A stretch of 64,000 nt of DNA, from NCBI GenBank assembly GCA_040954595.2, contig CM082594.2, positions 5,069,319 to 5,133,318 of the forward strand. The letters are read 5' to 3'. The stretch is from Balanoglossus misakiensis (Eukaryota; Animalia; Hemichordata). Both the position numbers and the translations under genes were made by a program. Shown here one piece after another: positions 24,501 to 36,626 of this stretch. Positions within the stretch are counted from its first letter, which is position 1; each line of letters begins with the position of its first letter. The notes beneath the pieces were generated by a model that worked only from the letters and a program-made list of their open reading frames with translations, had not been told where the DNA came from and did not search any database.

Positions 24501-27500
24501 ATGGTGTTCGAATGTCAAAGAGACAGTTTCAAAACGGAGGTATCACATTTTTTTTGGCTGTGGAGACAATGCATCATAAACCTAATGACCTATGCCCCCG
24601 TTGTATTCATGACACTGCTACATACGAGGGCAGTGATTTCATCATATATACCTATGGAATCATTTCTATAGAAATCAACACATTTGTAGAAATGTACACT
24701 AAAACAAACTTGATCAAAAAGCCATAATCACAATAGGCATTTGCCAACTAAACTGTTGTGAATTTAACATGTTTGCAGATACCAGGAAATACTTCTTTTA
24801 CAAATAGAGTATGTGATATATCTTGGTTGAAAATTTATTTTCTGATGATTTTATACTGACACCACTACAAATTCAAATATTGTAGAAATGATGCATAGAA
24901 TAAACAATGCTGGTGTGTAGTTACAGCTGACTCTAAATATAATAGTCATGTATTATTTGAAGAGCTCCACATACATGCAGCATAATGCAAAAAAAAGATA
25001 CAATTTTATTTATTTATTTATTTAATAGTTTGATACAAAGGTTGTATCCTGCACACCAGCTGAGCTGGAAACTTCCAATGGAGGAAAGAAGGAGAAATTA
25101 CAAGGTTATGAGGTCATCGTGGAAGATACAGTTTTATTTCCTGAGGGAGGTGGCCAGGTAATATATAAGTCATGAGAAAGAGTTGCGATCTGCATTGTAA
25201 CTGGCATAATTGTCACCTTGAGGGTTCACGTTGACCTACATAAATCCAGTCACTGATTTTCACTGGAGGGTCACACCAGGGTTCACGCCAACCTAGATAT
25301 ATGTAAATCCAACCAGTTTTGTTATCTGCCAATCGCAGATTTTCACTGGAGGGCCACATAAAAAGAAGTGCACCTTAGGAACCCAGCTTTTTCACCATAC
25401 ATAGGTATAATATAAATTGTGAATAATAAATGACCGTATATCTTTAATGTGAAATTACACACGGGTTTGTGGGAGATTTGTTTGCTTGCTATAATTCAAA
25501 ATATAATCAGCTGCAGACTTTTTGGCAACTGCGGTTAAAAAACGTTTGTCGAGCTGTTTGCCAACATTGATTTTACTGTTGTTATCTGTTATTGTACACA
25601 TGCACACAAACACACATACAAGGGAGGTCCATCTACGACAGTGACAAATGGAAAATGATGAAATAAGCTTTGGTCTCAACATTTACCTACTTTATATGTA
25701 TTTTTGTTTACAACTATATTCTGTTTGTTGTCATGGACATTTAATCTTATTGATCAATATTGGCCCCAGAAAAATCTGATAAAAGTCTGCAATATGAGGT
25801 CTAAGGTCATTTGTAATCTAACCGCTTGTAACATTCAAATGTAGGCCAGTTGTAAATTTAGACCATGTCACAAAATGGCATTGTTATCAAGGCCTGACAT
25901 TTGTGGACATGTATGCATTTTCTAATTGTTCATTTTCACTACATTTGTTATTTTTAGAGATAAATAACCTTGCTAGAAGGTCATGTATTATAGTTTCAAG
26001 CCAGCAAAAGTAAACTCAACTAAATAAACAGTATACTGCAGAGTGTCTGTGTTTTAATATATGGGAGCATAAAGTCAAATCTCTTTAAAAATAAGAGCTA
26101 AACAGCTAAGTGTGAACATGATATCTGAACGATTCTTAGCCAGTGTTCAAGCTCATGTTTTTTTCCTGCTATTTTAAGGTTTATTGAGTTTTTGGAGATA
26201 TTATTCAAGGTTAAGTAAGCTGATGTTATTGGGTTTATGGCAATAAAACTGACTAAATTATGTGCCATTTTTTGTTCTCTTTCATGTGACTGGTACTTTT
26301 TGATTGCTGTGCATGCATCGCTAGCCAGATGACAGGGGAACGGTGAGTTGGCCATGAGCAAAATATTTGTACAACTACATTACTGAATGATGTGGACGGA
26401 CATACAGACATACATCCATCCATACAGACGTAACCAATCCCATAAGGTCCCACTGGTATATACCTATACAAATGGGACCTAAAACCTATTATTTTGATGA
26501 TATGAAATTCCTGTATTCCAACTTCCCAAGGTTTTAATCGAATCCCCCTTACGCAACATACAGGTGATTCGAAAGGCTACTGAAAAGACAACAAACCCCT
26601 GTTGATCTGTTTGAACAGTGAAAACATAAGTTATCTTTCGTATTTTTACTCCAATTTTTCCAATTCCAGATGAACGGTATTGATGTACTCAGAGTAACGC
26701 GACAGGGCAGCGACGCCATACATTTCGTGCAGACCCCTCTGGAAGTCGGAAGTGAAGTGCACCAGGTCGTTGACTGGACAAGGAGGCTTGACAACATGCA
26801 GCAGCATACAGGTGTGTGACGAGGGAGATATCACATGAGATTTTGCTGTAACTGAAAATTTGTAGCAAGTCATAGACTGTTCTAAATACTAACATTAATC
26901 AATCTTTGCTTCTTGCATTGAAAGACCGAAGCCAATTGCAAAATCGTGTTTGTCACTTTTGCAGGACAACATTTGATAACGGCTATTGCGGACAATTTGT
27001 ATGGCTTTAAAACGACATCATGGTAAGTGAGTAAATGACCCTTCACACCAGTTTTATCCTGTCGATTACTGTCTATTCCTGCAATTATTATCCATATTTA
27101 TATACATGTCTCTCCTTTTTTCAATGTAAACTCATCCACTGAAAAATAATCATTCATCAAGTTATCTCTAGGCAAACGCACGCATATCTCTTCTATTGAA
27201 AACTGAACAAATGAGTGAGAAATCTACACATCTTATGAATATTCATGAAGTGGGTGTCAATAGATCCAGACAGTAGGACCCTATCTGATGTCAGAGATGA
27301 AAGAACAGTTGTACAATCACATGGGACTTGATGCTTGAGATCCTTTCCCCACCTTTTGACAACCATCACTCAGTGACATAGCCATGAAAGATGTTCGCAC
27401 ATCCAGTTCTATATGAGCTGCAGTGATTTGATCACTCTAATCACCAGGGAAGCCTTTCACACTGCACTTAAATAATCATGTCTGTTTTTCCCTCCAGGAC

Positions 27501-30120
27501 GTTTAGCAGAGAGAAATGTTTCATTGAATTAGACACACCCAAAATGACTGAGGAACAAATGACAACGGTCGAAAACCAAGCAAACGAAGCGATCAGAAAG
27601 TGTACACCAGTCGTACCCAAGTGTTACGAGTCTGATGATAAAGAACTGGATGGAGTAAGTAAGAAAAACTACAACCAGATTCAGAATCACACTGTTATGA
27701 TTGACAGTGGCGATTATTGAAAACTGACCATGATCAAAATAATCATCTTTATGTCTCTCACGTCAGATTCGTACCCGAGGTCTGCCAGATGACCACGTGG
27801 GTCTGGTTCGCGTGATAACCATTGAAGGAATCGACTCTAACATGTGTTGTGGGACTCATGTCTACAATCTGAGCCAGCTTCAGGTGAGCGAAGGAGTGTT
27901 CCCATGGCAACAGTACTCACAACAAGTTTAATGCTTGGTTTGGAGTTGGCCACAGTCCCTCTATCCAGGTACCTTGGTTTGAACACGAGCTGGCAAGCTA
28001 TCACAATCTATTAAAATTGGCATTATTTCTTTTGTGTGTGTATGTAGGTTATCAAGATTCTAGGTGTTGAAAAGGGGAAGAAGAACAAGATTAATTTGTG
28101 TTATTTGACTGGCAACAGAGTTTTAAACTATCTGGGTAAATGTTACAATACAGAAAAGGCACTCTGTACAGCACTCAAGTAAGTGAAATCAAATATTATG
28201 TGTACATCTCCTTGGTTTGATTAACTGCTCGAAAATCGCCAAAGTTTGGATATTTTGCAGAAAACAATTCATAGTCATTTGTGGTATGGTCTCTTGACAA
28301 TTAACCTAGTGGCAAAGGACTATTCATATCGTTCTCAGGGTTATCATATCTAATTAACAAATATCAGTGGATGAGTTTGACACTGCAATCATTGAAACAT
28401 TTCAAGTCAAGAAAATACCGGGAAATTGGACAGCAAAACCACTGAAGGAAAAAAATACATAATAATAATGCTCATAGCAGTCTTATGAAATATTCACCGT
28501 AAACAAACACAGGGAGCATTCCTGATGTGCAAATAATAAAGTGATGAATTTCTACTGACAAATATATCGTTTGTGTGTGCATTGCAGGTGTAGTCCCGAG
28601 GAACATGTTGACATGGCAAATAAACTTCAGAAATCTGTACGAGAGGCACAGAAGGTATTGTGTTGAAATTATACTCCAGTGGTGGTCATAGGGGGTTGAG
28701 TCTTAATGTATGTCGGGAAGCTGTAAGAAATGTGGCAGTACAGTCATGTGGTTAGTTCAGAACATAGCTCAGTTGCTGTGCAGTAGTGAAGGTGCATATG
28801 CAAAACAGATGAATATTTGAAACCCAGAATTCAAATGAACCATGGTATGATAAACACAACCATGTGTGTAAATTAAAACAAACATAGAAATGTGCGTATT
28901 CCTATGTACACATTCATCACCCACATCTTTGTTTGGATGGCTGCCACATGACTTCTCTTGTCCACAGCAATCAGCAATGCAATATTAATCCCAGAGTATG
29001 TCTGTTGCCTGTTTTGTTACAAATGGGCCGGGAAAGTTGTCATTGCACTGGGCTCAGCAAAACTGACCAGTAGAGTATATGTTGAACTTCAGTGTGACAT
29101 CAGCTACCATCATTTCCCAACTCTATTTAGCTGGGGGATTGACTCTGACCGTTCCCTTTCAGTCCAAGACCCTGCTGCTGAGAGAAGTGGCAAAGTTTGA
29201 AGCCTTGCAGTACAAGAACAGCGCAGAGAGAGACGAGATACTGAGTATCCACAGAAAAGATGGAGACAATGAATACATGAATATCATCGCAAATGAAATT
29301 GGACAAGAAGTTAGTACATTGCATTGCATTGCATTGCATTGCATTGCATTGCAGTGCTGTCTTTTATTTTAGATTATTTATTCCATTTCAGTTGACTCAT
29401 AATTTTCAGTATTCTCAGCATAGTGAAAAATGGAAAAGTATTAGCGATGCTGATTGGTCAAAATGTGAGCATGTGATTATTTTACATGATTCCTATTGGT
29501 CAATTCTGTATTTTATCATTCAAATGATAAACTAGAAGATGTTGCAATATTTCTTTATCAATTTGGACTTTCAGAATGGAGTTATTTTTGCAACTGTTGG
29601 CAATGACAAAGGTGCTGGTCTGTTTCTGTTGTCGGGTCCAGCAGATCTCATCACAGAGGTAGCACCTAAGTAAGTATATAACCGTGCAAATTACGCAAGA
29701 TAGACGTGCTTCATGGGTGCATATTAAGAAACAGTTCGATGTACAGAACATAATTAACGACCAAGATTACCCCGACAGACACACTCGCATCAAAAGATGC
29801 ACCAACCTTCTACAACAGATCATATTATTCTGACCTTTTGTAAAACCTTTGACCAACTTATAGTCATATTTAATAGTTTCGAGACTTTGTACTTATTGCT
29901 GAAATGTGAATCACATGATCCATGATCTGACCATAACCCAAACTTTGCGTGTAAATGTACGATCAAATCATACATTTTCATTCTTATCCATGCCAGGATT
30001 GCCGAACTGTTGGACGGGAAAGGCGCCGGGAAAAACGGCAGATATCAAGGAAAAGCCAATAATCTGAAGAAAAAGAAAGAAGCTGAAGCCTTACTCAGAT
30101 CAAGTCTCAGTAAATCCTAA
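24501..30120 (+). CDS. AARSD1: Alanyl-tRNA editing protein Aarsd1 (AlaX-type), 407 aa
   Basis: Exons 24501-24539, 25029-25157, 26325-26342, 26670-26811, 26965-27022, 27498-27654, 27767-27883, 28048-28178, 28588-28654, 29163-29309, 29575-29669, 29997-30120 (1224 nt). Motifs EDTVLFPEGGGQPDDRGT, zinc ligands MQQHTGQHL and NMCCGTHV, IHRKDGDNEYMNIIANEIG, C-terminal GKGAGKNGRYQGKA. Confidence 0.97.
25221..25358. repeat. Degenerate local tandem duplication in AARSD1 intron 2
   Basis: AGGGTTCACG..ACCTA..TAAATCCA and GATTTTCACTGGAGGG(T/C)CACA each occur twice. Confidence 0.65.
29317..29353. repeat. (CATTG)n microsatellite
   Basis: CATTGCATTGCATTG... just after the donor of AARSD1 exon 10. Confidence 0.9.
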
Positions 30121-30345
30121 TCTGAAGATTAGATTAAGTTCCGCACTTAATCTTTTCCATACATTCCTTGTTCAGATTTGGGTTTTAAAAAACTGGCAGT
30201 CATGAGTACAACTTCTGTCCTGGACTCAGTCATATACCAGCCCTCTATGGTCGAAATATGTTAGTACACATACTCTTGTTTTTATGAAGCGCTCCTATGG
30301 AAGAAATGGCCCAGAATTTACCATGTTATTGACATCATACTGCTA

Positions 30346-30382
30346 AATAAATGGCATAATACTCTACAACAATCACAATAAA
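30346..30382 (+). terminator. AARSD1 poly(A) signals
   Basis: AATAAA at 30346 and 30377, followed by GT-rich TGTCGGTGTTTG. Confidence 0.55.
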
Positions 30383-30919
30383 TACTGTCGGTGTTTGAAA
30401 TTTAATTGTCAACAGCGACATTCCTGGTTTTACATACACAGGTTATTATTTGTCTGAAAATTAGTGCAAACCATTCATTTTAATTTGCTACTTTGTATTG
30501 TCCACAAGTGGCAAAATTGCTTGAGTCGTGCAGTTTTAGGTCAATTGAAGATTGAATTTAGAATCGGATTAAGCTCAAAAGCCATCCCCTGCCTGGCATG
30601 AATAAATTTCAATTTTTTAAATAATTTATCAGTCTGTGACAGCTTAAATTATATCAGTGATTTACTACTGCGTTTATCCCTGAAACCAGCAGGAAGAGTT
30701 GTCAGATATGGCACACGTAAATGGAAGATTTGACATTAAAGAAATGACTTCATCAAGAAAGACATAGTTTAGTGTTCTGTAATGGCCTTAAAATAAAATA
30801 AAATCAAACCCTGTCTGACAACATATCAACATCTTCATGTAAATGTCCAGTCTTGAGATCAAAATCTCGCAGAGTTGTTTTGCGATGAAATGAAAATAAA
30901 AAGTTCAGAGCTGCATTGA

Positions 30920-33900
30920 TCAGCTGTGAACTACAGCATCGTCTAAATCGGCCTCACACGGCGAAAGATCCACTGCCAATCGGTTATGTTTCTCCCTGTA
31001 CAATATCAAGAGAGGCAAAGAGATGGTGATGGCTCCCAGCGTGCACCAGTTCATCCATGATATTGCTGAAAGAAGAGAAAAAATATCCATTTGAATGGTG
31101 AGAGCAAGAATTGTGTAGTATTCTTTGAAAGTGGCAACTCTATTGAACAATGACTTGGCATTGATGGTAGCTCATTTCTTCCTCTAATGCATTTTTGTGT
31201 CCGTTGTAAAGTCAATAAAAATGTTAGACACACTGATGATAACAGAACTATCACCTAGAAATCTGTCTTACTTTTTCTGTTGTTCTTTGATGGAAGACTG
31301 GTACTAAGTGATGTACATGATAAAACACAAACATTGGGGGAGGGTGAAACAAAAGAAATGTTATACTCACACGCAGAGGGCATCATCAAAATTAACAGAA
31401 AGACTAAACCAAAGAAGTTGTTCAGCAAAGTGAGGGTTATAGTGGTGATGCCTTCAGCGACGGGGTAACTGGCCTCCACAGCCCCCTCAAAAAATAATGG
31501 AATTGACCCGTTCAGGACAAAGCCAAGGAAAATTAATGAGGCATACAGCATGACTGAAAATAAAAAAGAAAAGTATTATGACTTTTTTTTCTAATTTGAA
31601 CTTTGCGACACCTGTTATAGAAGACATGAATGTTCAAAAAGGGATATTTATCATTACTGTGATGACATGTTCCCAGGCACTTGTGTAATAATTGAAAATC
31701 AAGTAATCAAAATTAAAACCTAGACTGTGTGTATATATAAACCTGTTCCAAAGAGGATATACCAGTATGAAACTTATGTTCTAATATAGTTCAACACATC
31801 TGTTCAGGAATGTCAAATTTATCATAGAAAACAAAAATTACATTCTAACACTTAAATGCATTCTTGGAAGACACTGCAATGCTCTCATTTCACTTCTTGT
31901 CAATTCTGTACATGATGTACTCACCTGTATTGAAGTGAATAATTTCATAGCATAGCAACAGATACCAACCAAAGGCCAGAAGGGCACTGGTGAACAGGAA
32001 GAGCAAGATCACTTTGATGTGACGACCACCAGTGCAATCTACACATCTAGAATACAAATGATTGCATTAATCAATATGTGATATGTAAGCATGTATGTAT
32101 GCATTAGTGTATGTACGTACGTACGTATGCATTTGTGTATGTATGTATGTATGTATGTATGTATTGTATGTATATATGCATTTGTGTGTGTATGTATGTA
32201 TGTATGTATGTATATGTATGCATGCATGCATGCATGCATGTATGTGTGAGTATGTATGTACCCTTATGCATGCAGGCAGCTTTGGAAGTGTGTGTATGTG
32301 TACAGCAAAGTTTGTTCATTATATCTTTACCAAAAATTGCAAAATAATTCCTGACACTGCTTGTCATCTTACCTCGCTAATGCAAAGCCTCCTGCAGCGC
32401 CAGCAATGTTTCCCCAAAACCCAATCCACCCAGCCTCCTCCTGTAAGTAATTTAAACATTTCAACATGTAAAGCCACTCAAATCTCTTTGGGAAAGAAAC
32501 CCTTGTCTCCCAGAACATAAGCACTAGCTGTAGAGTTTTATACCGAGTGAGTCTAAGCTATAACTCTCACAGAAATAAGACAATCAAACATAGAGGTCTA
32601 CATTAAGATGAATTGGGATGGGCTTTTTTTGCTAGCTGATGGAAAGTCAATTAACTTTGAACAATCTTACCTGAGAAACCCCCAAGGGTGAGAGTAACAG
32701 ATCGACTATGGTTCCCCAACCGGCATAAGTACCACAGGCAATGCCATATGCCAAGCCTAAGCACCACACTTGTGATGATCTGGAATATAGAAATTCGATT
32801 TTATTTTTGCCATGGTACTATCAAAACCAGGTGCATGACACAGCATTGAAATATTGTGTAATTCTATGTAACACAACATAACACAGGACACAACACAACA
32901 CAACACCGACTCACTTTGCCAACTTTAAAATTCCGGACTTGAATTCCATCCTCTCTGTTCCTGCGGATATGCTCGGAGGCAGCGGTGGTTTCATCGGAAA
33001 ATAGACCAGCGTCAACAGACACAAAAGGACTTCAAAAGCACATTCTGCAGAACAAACACAAACAAGAACTTTATAACAAGAAAGATCAACCATGTATATA
33101 TTATATCTCCCAGGAATCCAGAGCAGTTTCAGTCTGTTATCAACAGCTGCAGAATACTTTATGGTAAAGTCATTTCTAGACAAATGGCGCCCTCTACGAC
33201 CGGCAAGACAATATTTCATCCTTACAACTCACTCACACAACTGAGATATGTTTTGCAGAGGTTTCTTCTATCAGTTATTTCCAAAAAAGAGCAAACTCAA
33301 CCAACAATCAAATCATTAGAATACATTTCTACTTACCAATATACATTAAATGCCAGATTTGTCCAATTTCTTTATTAGTTATAGCATCAGTGATTACTGC
33401 AGAGCAAAGCAAAAACACAGAATTACTTGACAAAACCCATCATTTTTTAACAATAAGAAAACATTCTTTTAAATTTTGAAGATGAAAAAAGCTCCATAAA
33501 TTCAAAAATGTTAACATTTTTACTTTGTAAATATTTTGTAAGATGAGTGTAAATGCCACTGACCTGCCATACCTTCACTTTTATTTGGTTCGAGGGTAAT
33601 CGTAGCCACTGTGCTGTCGTACACAAAAAGATACGATTAAAGTATTAGCACCAGTAATGAAAAGGATAATTAGTGAAAGTAATGAATTGGATGAAAACAT
33701 TTGAAAAGAATACTGCAAGTCGGTTACAATTAATGTCTGATATTACATATATTATATGTGCAGTGAACTCACCTGGTACTGTTGCTACTGTCGTGTGCGT
33801 CTTGCACAATGAGAGGTCCGATTAAAAAAGAAGCTGCAACACCGACGTAGGCAAAGATGGTGGAGATGGCGGTCGCCGTGGTCCTCTCGCTAGGCGGGAA

Positions 33901-35351
33901 CCACGTGACTGAGATGAGAGGTGGACCAGCCATGAGGACGGGACCAGCCAAGCCGATCAAAAGCTGTCCAGCGTTCATCGTCCTGGAGACGAAATAAACA
34001 AGTTGCTCTAACATGAGTACTTGTAACCATGGCTACAACTGTCTGATGACTATAGTCATGTCAAAATGGGCTGTGGCATTCACACTTACCATTTCATGTG
34101 ATCCACCGATACTGGTATACATCGTATAGCTGTCCCAGCCATCAACAGTCCCTGTGTTATCAACATGGAAATTCTCATTCCTAGTAGAAGAAACAGATAG
34201 TACTGGTACATGACTTTCTAAATCCACTATTTCAGCAGTATTTATTATATACAGCTCCGAGTTTAGTCAATAAAACCATATGGCTAACCGCTTGGTTGGT
34301 GAAACCCTGAGACTTCAATTCAAACAGATATGCATGGTACAAACAATGCATGGACACATCCTGTATGCTTTAAATCAGACTGCCACATGGATTCTTACAG
34401 GAAACACTGCAGAATAAATTCTCGTGAGCCAGACACCTGAGCTTTATTTCCACTCCACAAATCGATGCAAAATATCAACCCTCTTTATAGTAACATGGTA
34501 GCTGTTGCCATAAAGGGCCAGTTGTTTACAATGATGTGAAGAAGTTAGCATCTAGACTTAAACCCTACTATAGACACTTATTTGAAAGACTTCTCTCCTG
34601 ACCGATGAACAGGTTTCCATTGAACACTTAAAAGGTTTCCTGTGTCATTTTTTCACAAACCACTTTACAATATGATCTGCTGATTTCAGATGGTACATAC
34701 CGTTATACCTGTACATATAATCAGCAGGATCAATTTGGACAATTTGAGATTAGCTGAAAATATGGTTTATTTATTGTGTGTCACTGTGGGGTAAAACTGG
34801 ATCAAGCAGTAATAAAAAAATTAATTCCCTCATACTAGTATGAAAGAAATGTTTGTTCCCCAGAACAATGGACTCATAAGTAACGGTGATTGGGTAAACA
34901 AACTCATGGTCACCTGACACATTGTTGAAGGTTAGTCGATTACTAAAACTAACAAACCTTTCACGTCCATGAGGTATGAGAAAGGTATGGCAGTGACGAC
35001 GTAGGCGATCGGCCCCCAGTTTGTCAGCAAGGCGATGTCGGCGTTTGTCCAGCCCGGCAGGACGGACTCCACCGTGTCGGCTATCGGTCCCCAACTGTTC
35101 CACGCCATTCCCTGGTGGAAGGCGGTGAAAGAAAACAACATCAGGATGTACCATCGTCGCTTGTAAACGCCGTGTCCCGCCTTCGAGTAGGAACTGACGA
35201 GGGAGTTTATGGCATATGTTTGGCTTCCCAGAAGCGGCGATTTCTCCGACGACGGTCCATGAAGGGGCTCGGACCTTGGAGCTTCGACGTGACCTCCGTC
35301 TCTGTCCTCAAGGTTTCGTCCACTGGCAGGAGGACCCCTTCCGTTTTCCAT
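30920..35351 (-). CDS. SLC49A4: SLC49A4/DIRC2-like lysosomal MFS transporter, about 517 aa
   Basis: Exons 35351-34958, 34180-34090, 33982-33773, 33613-33573, 33396-33337, 33044-32915, 32779-32671, 32440-32373, 32046-31925, 31553-31371, 31065-30920 (1554 nt). Motifs VYKRRWYIL, WNSWGPI, WFPPSERTTATAI, YFPMKPPLPPS, AGWIGFW, PLFFE..VEASYPVAEG, SWMNWC; N-terminal EKSPLL fits the [DE]xxxLL lysosomal sorting signal. Confidence 0.93.
32090..32259. repeat. (TATG)n/(CATG)n compound microsatellite
   Basis: Long TATG/TACG/CATG run in an SLC49A4 intron; source of the spurious MYVC/HTYI ORFs. Confidence 0.9.
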
Positions 35352-35519
35352 ACCCCCGCCCCCTGCAGATTAAATTTCGGGGTCTGGAAAAATCGAAGGT
35401 GTAAACGCGCTACACCATCCAACAAATCTACCTGAGGATCATGAGATGTATATTTTCATACAAGCAAAGACGACAATCTTCAAATACGGCAAATTATCGC
35501 GATTGTAGCCCTGGTCAAG

Positions 35520-35640
35520 CAGCCAGCTTGAGGTCAATCACATCCAGTACGAGCAGCAGAGGACAGTGACGTGTCACGTGAGCTCTGTCATGTGACAGTG
35601 AGGTCAGAGATCAAAGTTCACCACTCACAGGTCAATCTGT
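35520..35640. promoter_or_regulatory. Divergent promoter SLC49A4 / ASB with CLEAR-type E-boxes
   Basis: GTCACGTGAG (35573-35582) and GTCATGTGAC (35587-35596); AGGTCA half-sites at 35531, 35601 and 35629. Confidence 0.6.
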
Positions 35641-36424
35641 CAGTGGAAACGTAGTGGAAGCCATGACTGTACCCGGCGTCTTACTGTTGTCAAGACGGAA
35701 AGCGTTTTGACACTCAAACTTGGGTATGTACTTCTTAATTTTGTCATCAAAACATCGGTGTGTTTCCCCAGAATACAGATCCAATCGCGATGGTGGTCAA
35801 ATATAAGCAAAACGTTTCCAGATTGCGTATTATTTTACTGTCAGTGTCACCTTGGACTCCATCGACAACAGGGTACATGTATTAGTCACACAGTCTCTTT
35901 TTTTCCTTTTCAATCATTACTGAAACCGACGTTTGTGAAGTCTTCTTTCTCTTCAAAATCCCCCCTTCTCACGAGATATTATATCAGGGGTAAATTATAC
36001 AGAAATGTAAAGATTGTCCGCAGCTGGACACTAAAGGCTAGTATAGCACCAACAACAGCTGTTACTAGCTATCAGTATCAATATTGTATCAGTATGTTGT
36101 GACTGACATACATTTGTGCCCGACATCACTTATATAGCTAGTCATCTACAGACGCAGAAGTCTACTGTATCTCAAGGTGACATGTCTTAGATTGTGCATA
36201 AGATTGCACTGGTATGTCCATTAAACCTTGGGGATTTATCATTCAATGATGCATATTACAGTTGTCTATGATGATGATGATGATGCTGATAGTGATAGGG
36301 TATTAGCATATCAATTCATCTCTGTTCATGTTTCTTTCTGTCTGTCACGTAAGTGACTCTTCATCATGAATAAATAGTGGTTCATTGCTCCATTAATTTT
36401 TTTGTTTTGTTTCAGTATCATTCA

Positions 36425-36564
36425 TAGCTGTGTATGGACACAGCTGTATACACAGCTGTATGAGGAGAGGGGGGGGGGGGTAGTACCTATTGGGGAAAAC
36501 CAACAGAGGCTACCCCCCCCCCCCTCCCCCAACACACACACACACAGCTGTGTTTCCACAGCTA
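36425..36564. repeat. About 140-bp imperfect inverted repeat (fold-back) with G-run/C-run stem
   Basis: Left arm TAGCTGTG..ACACAGCTGT..GGAGAG(G)nTAG pairs with right arm CTA(C)nTCC..ACAGCTGTGT..CACAGCTA; inner CCT-TTGG/CCAA-AGG. Confidence 0.75.
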
Positions 36565-36626
36565 TACACATGTATTTTGTAAATATTCACTTTCATTCTT
36601 TACTAGGATATGGACGTGCCTGCAGT

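Noticed and set aside
25221-25358. Spaced direct repeats resembling a CRISPR-like array
   Set aside because: Only two degenerate copies in a eukaryotic intron; a simple local duplication.
32039-32520. MYVC/HTYI repeat ORFs (also 44625-45169)
   Set aside because: Translations of TATG/TATT microsatellites inside introns.
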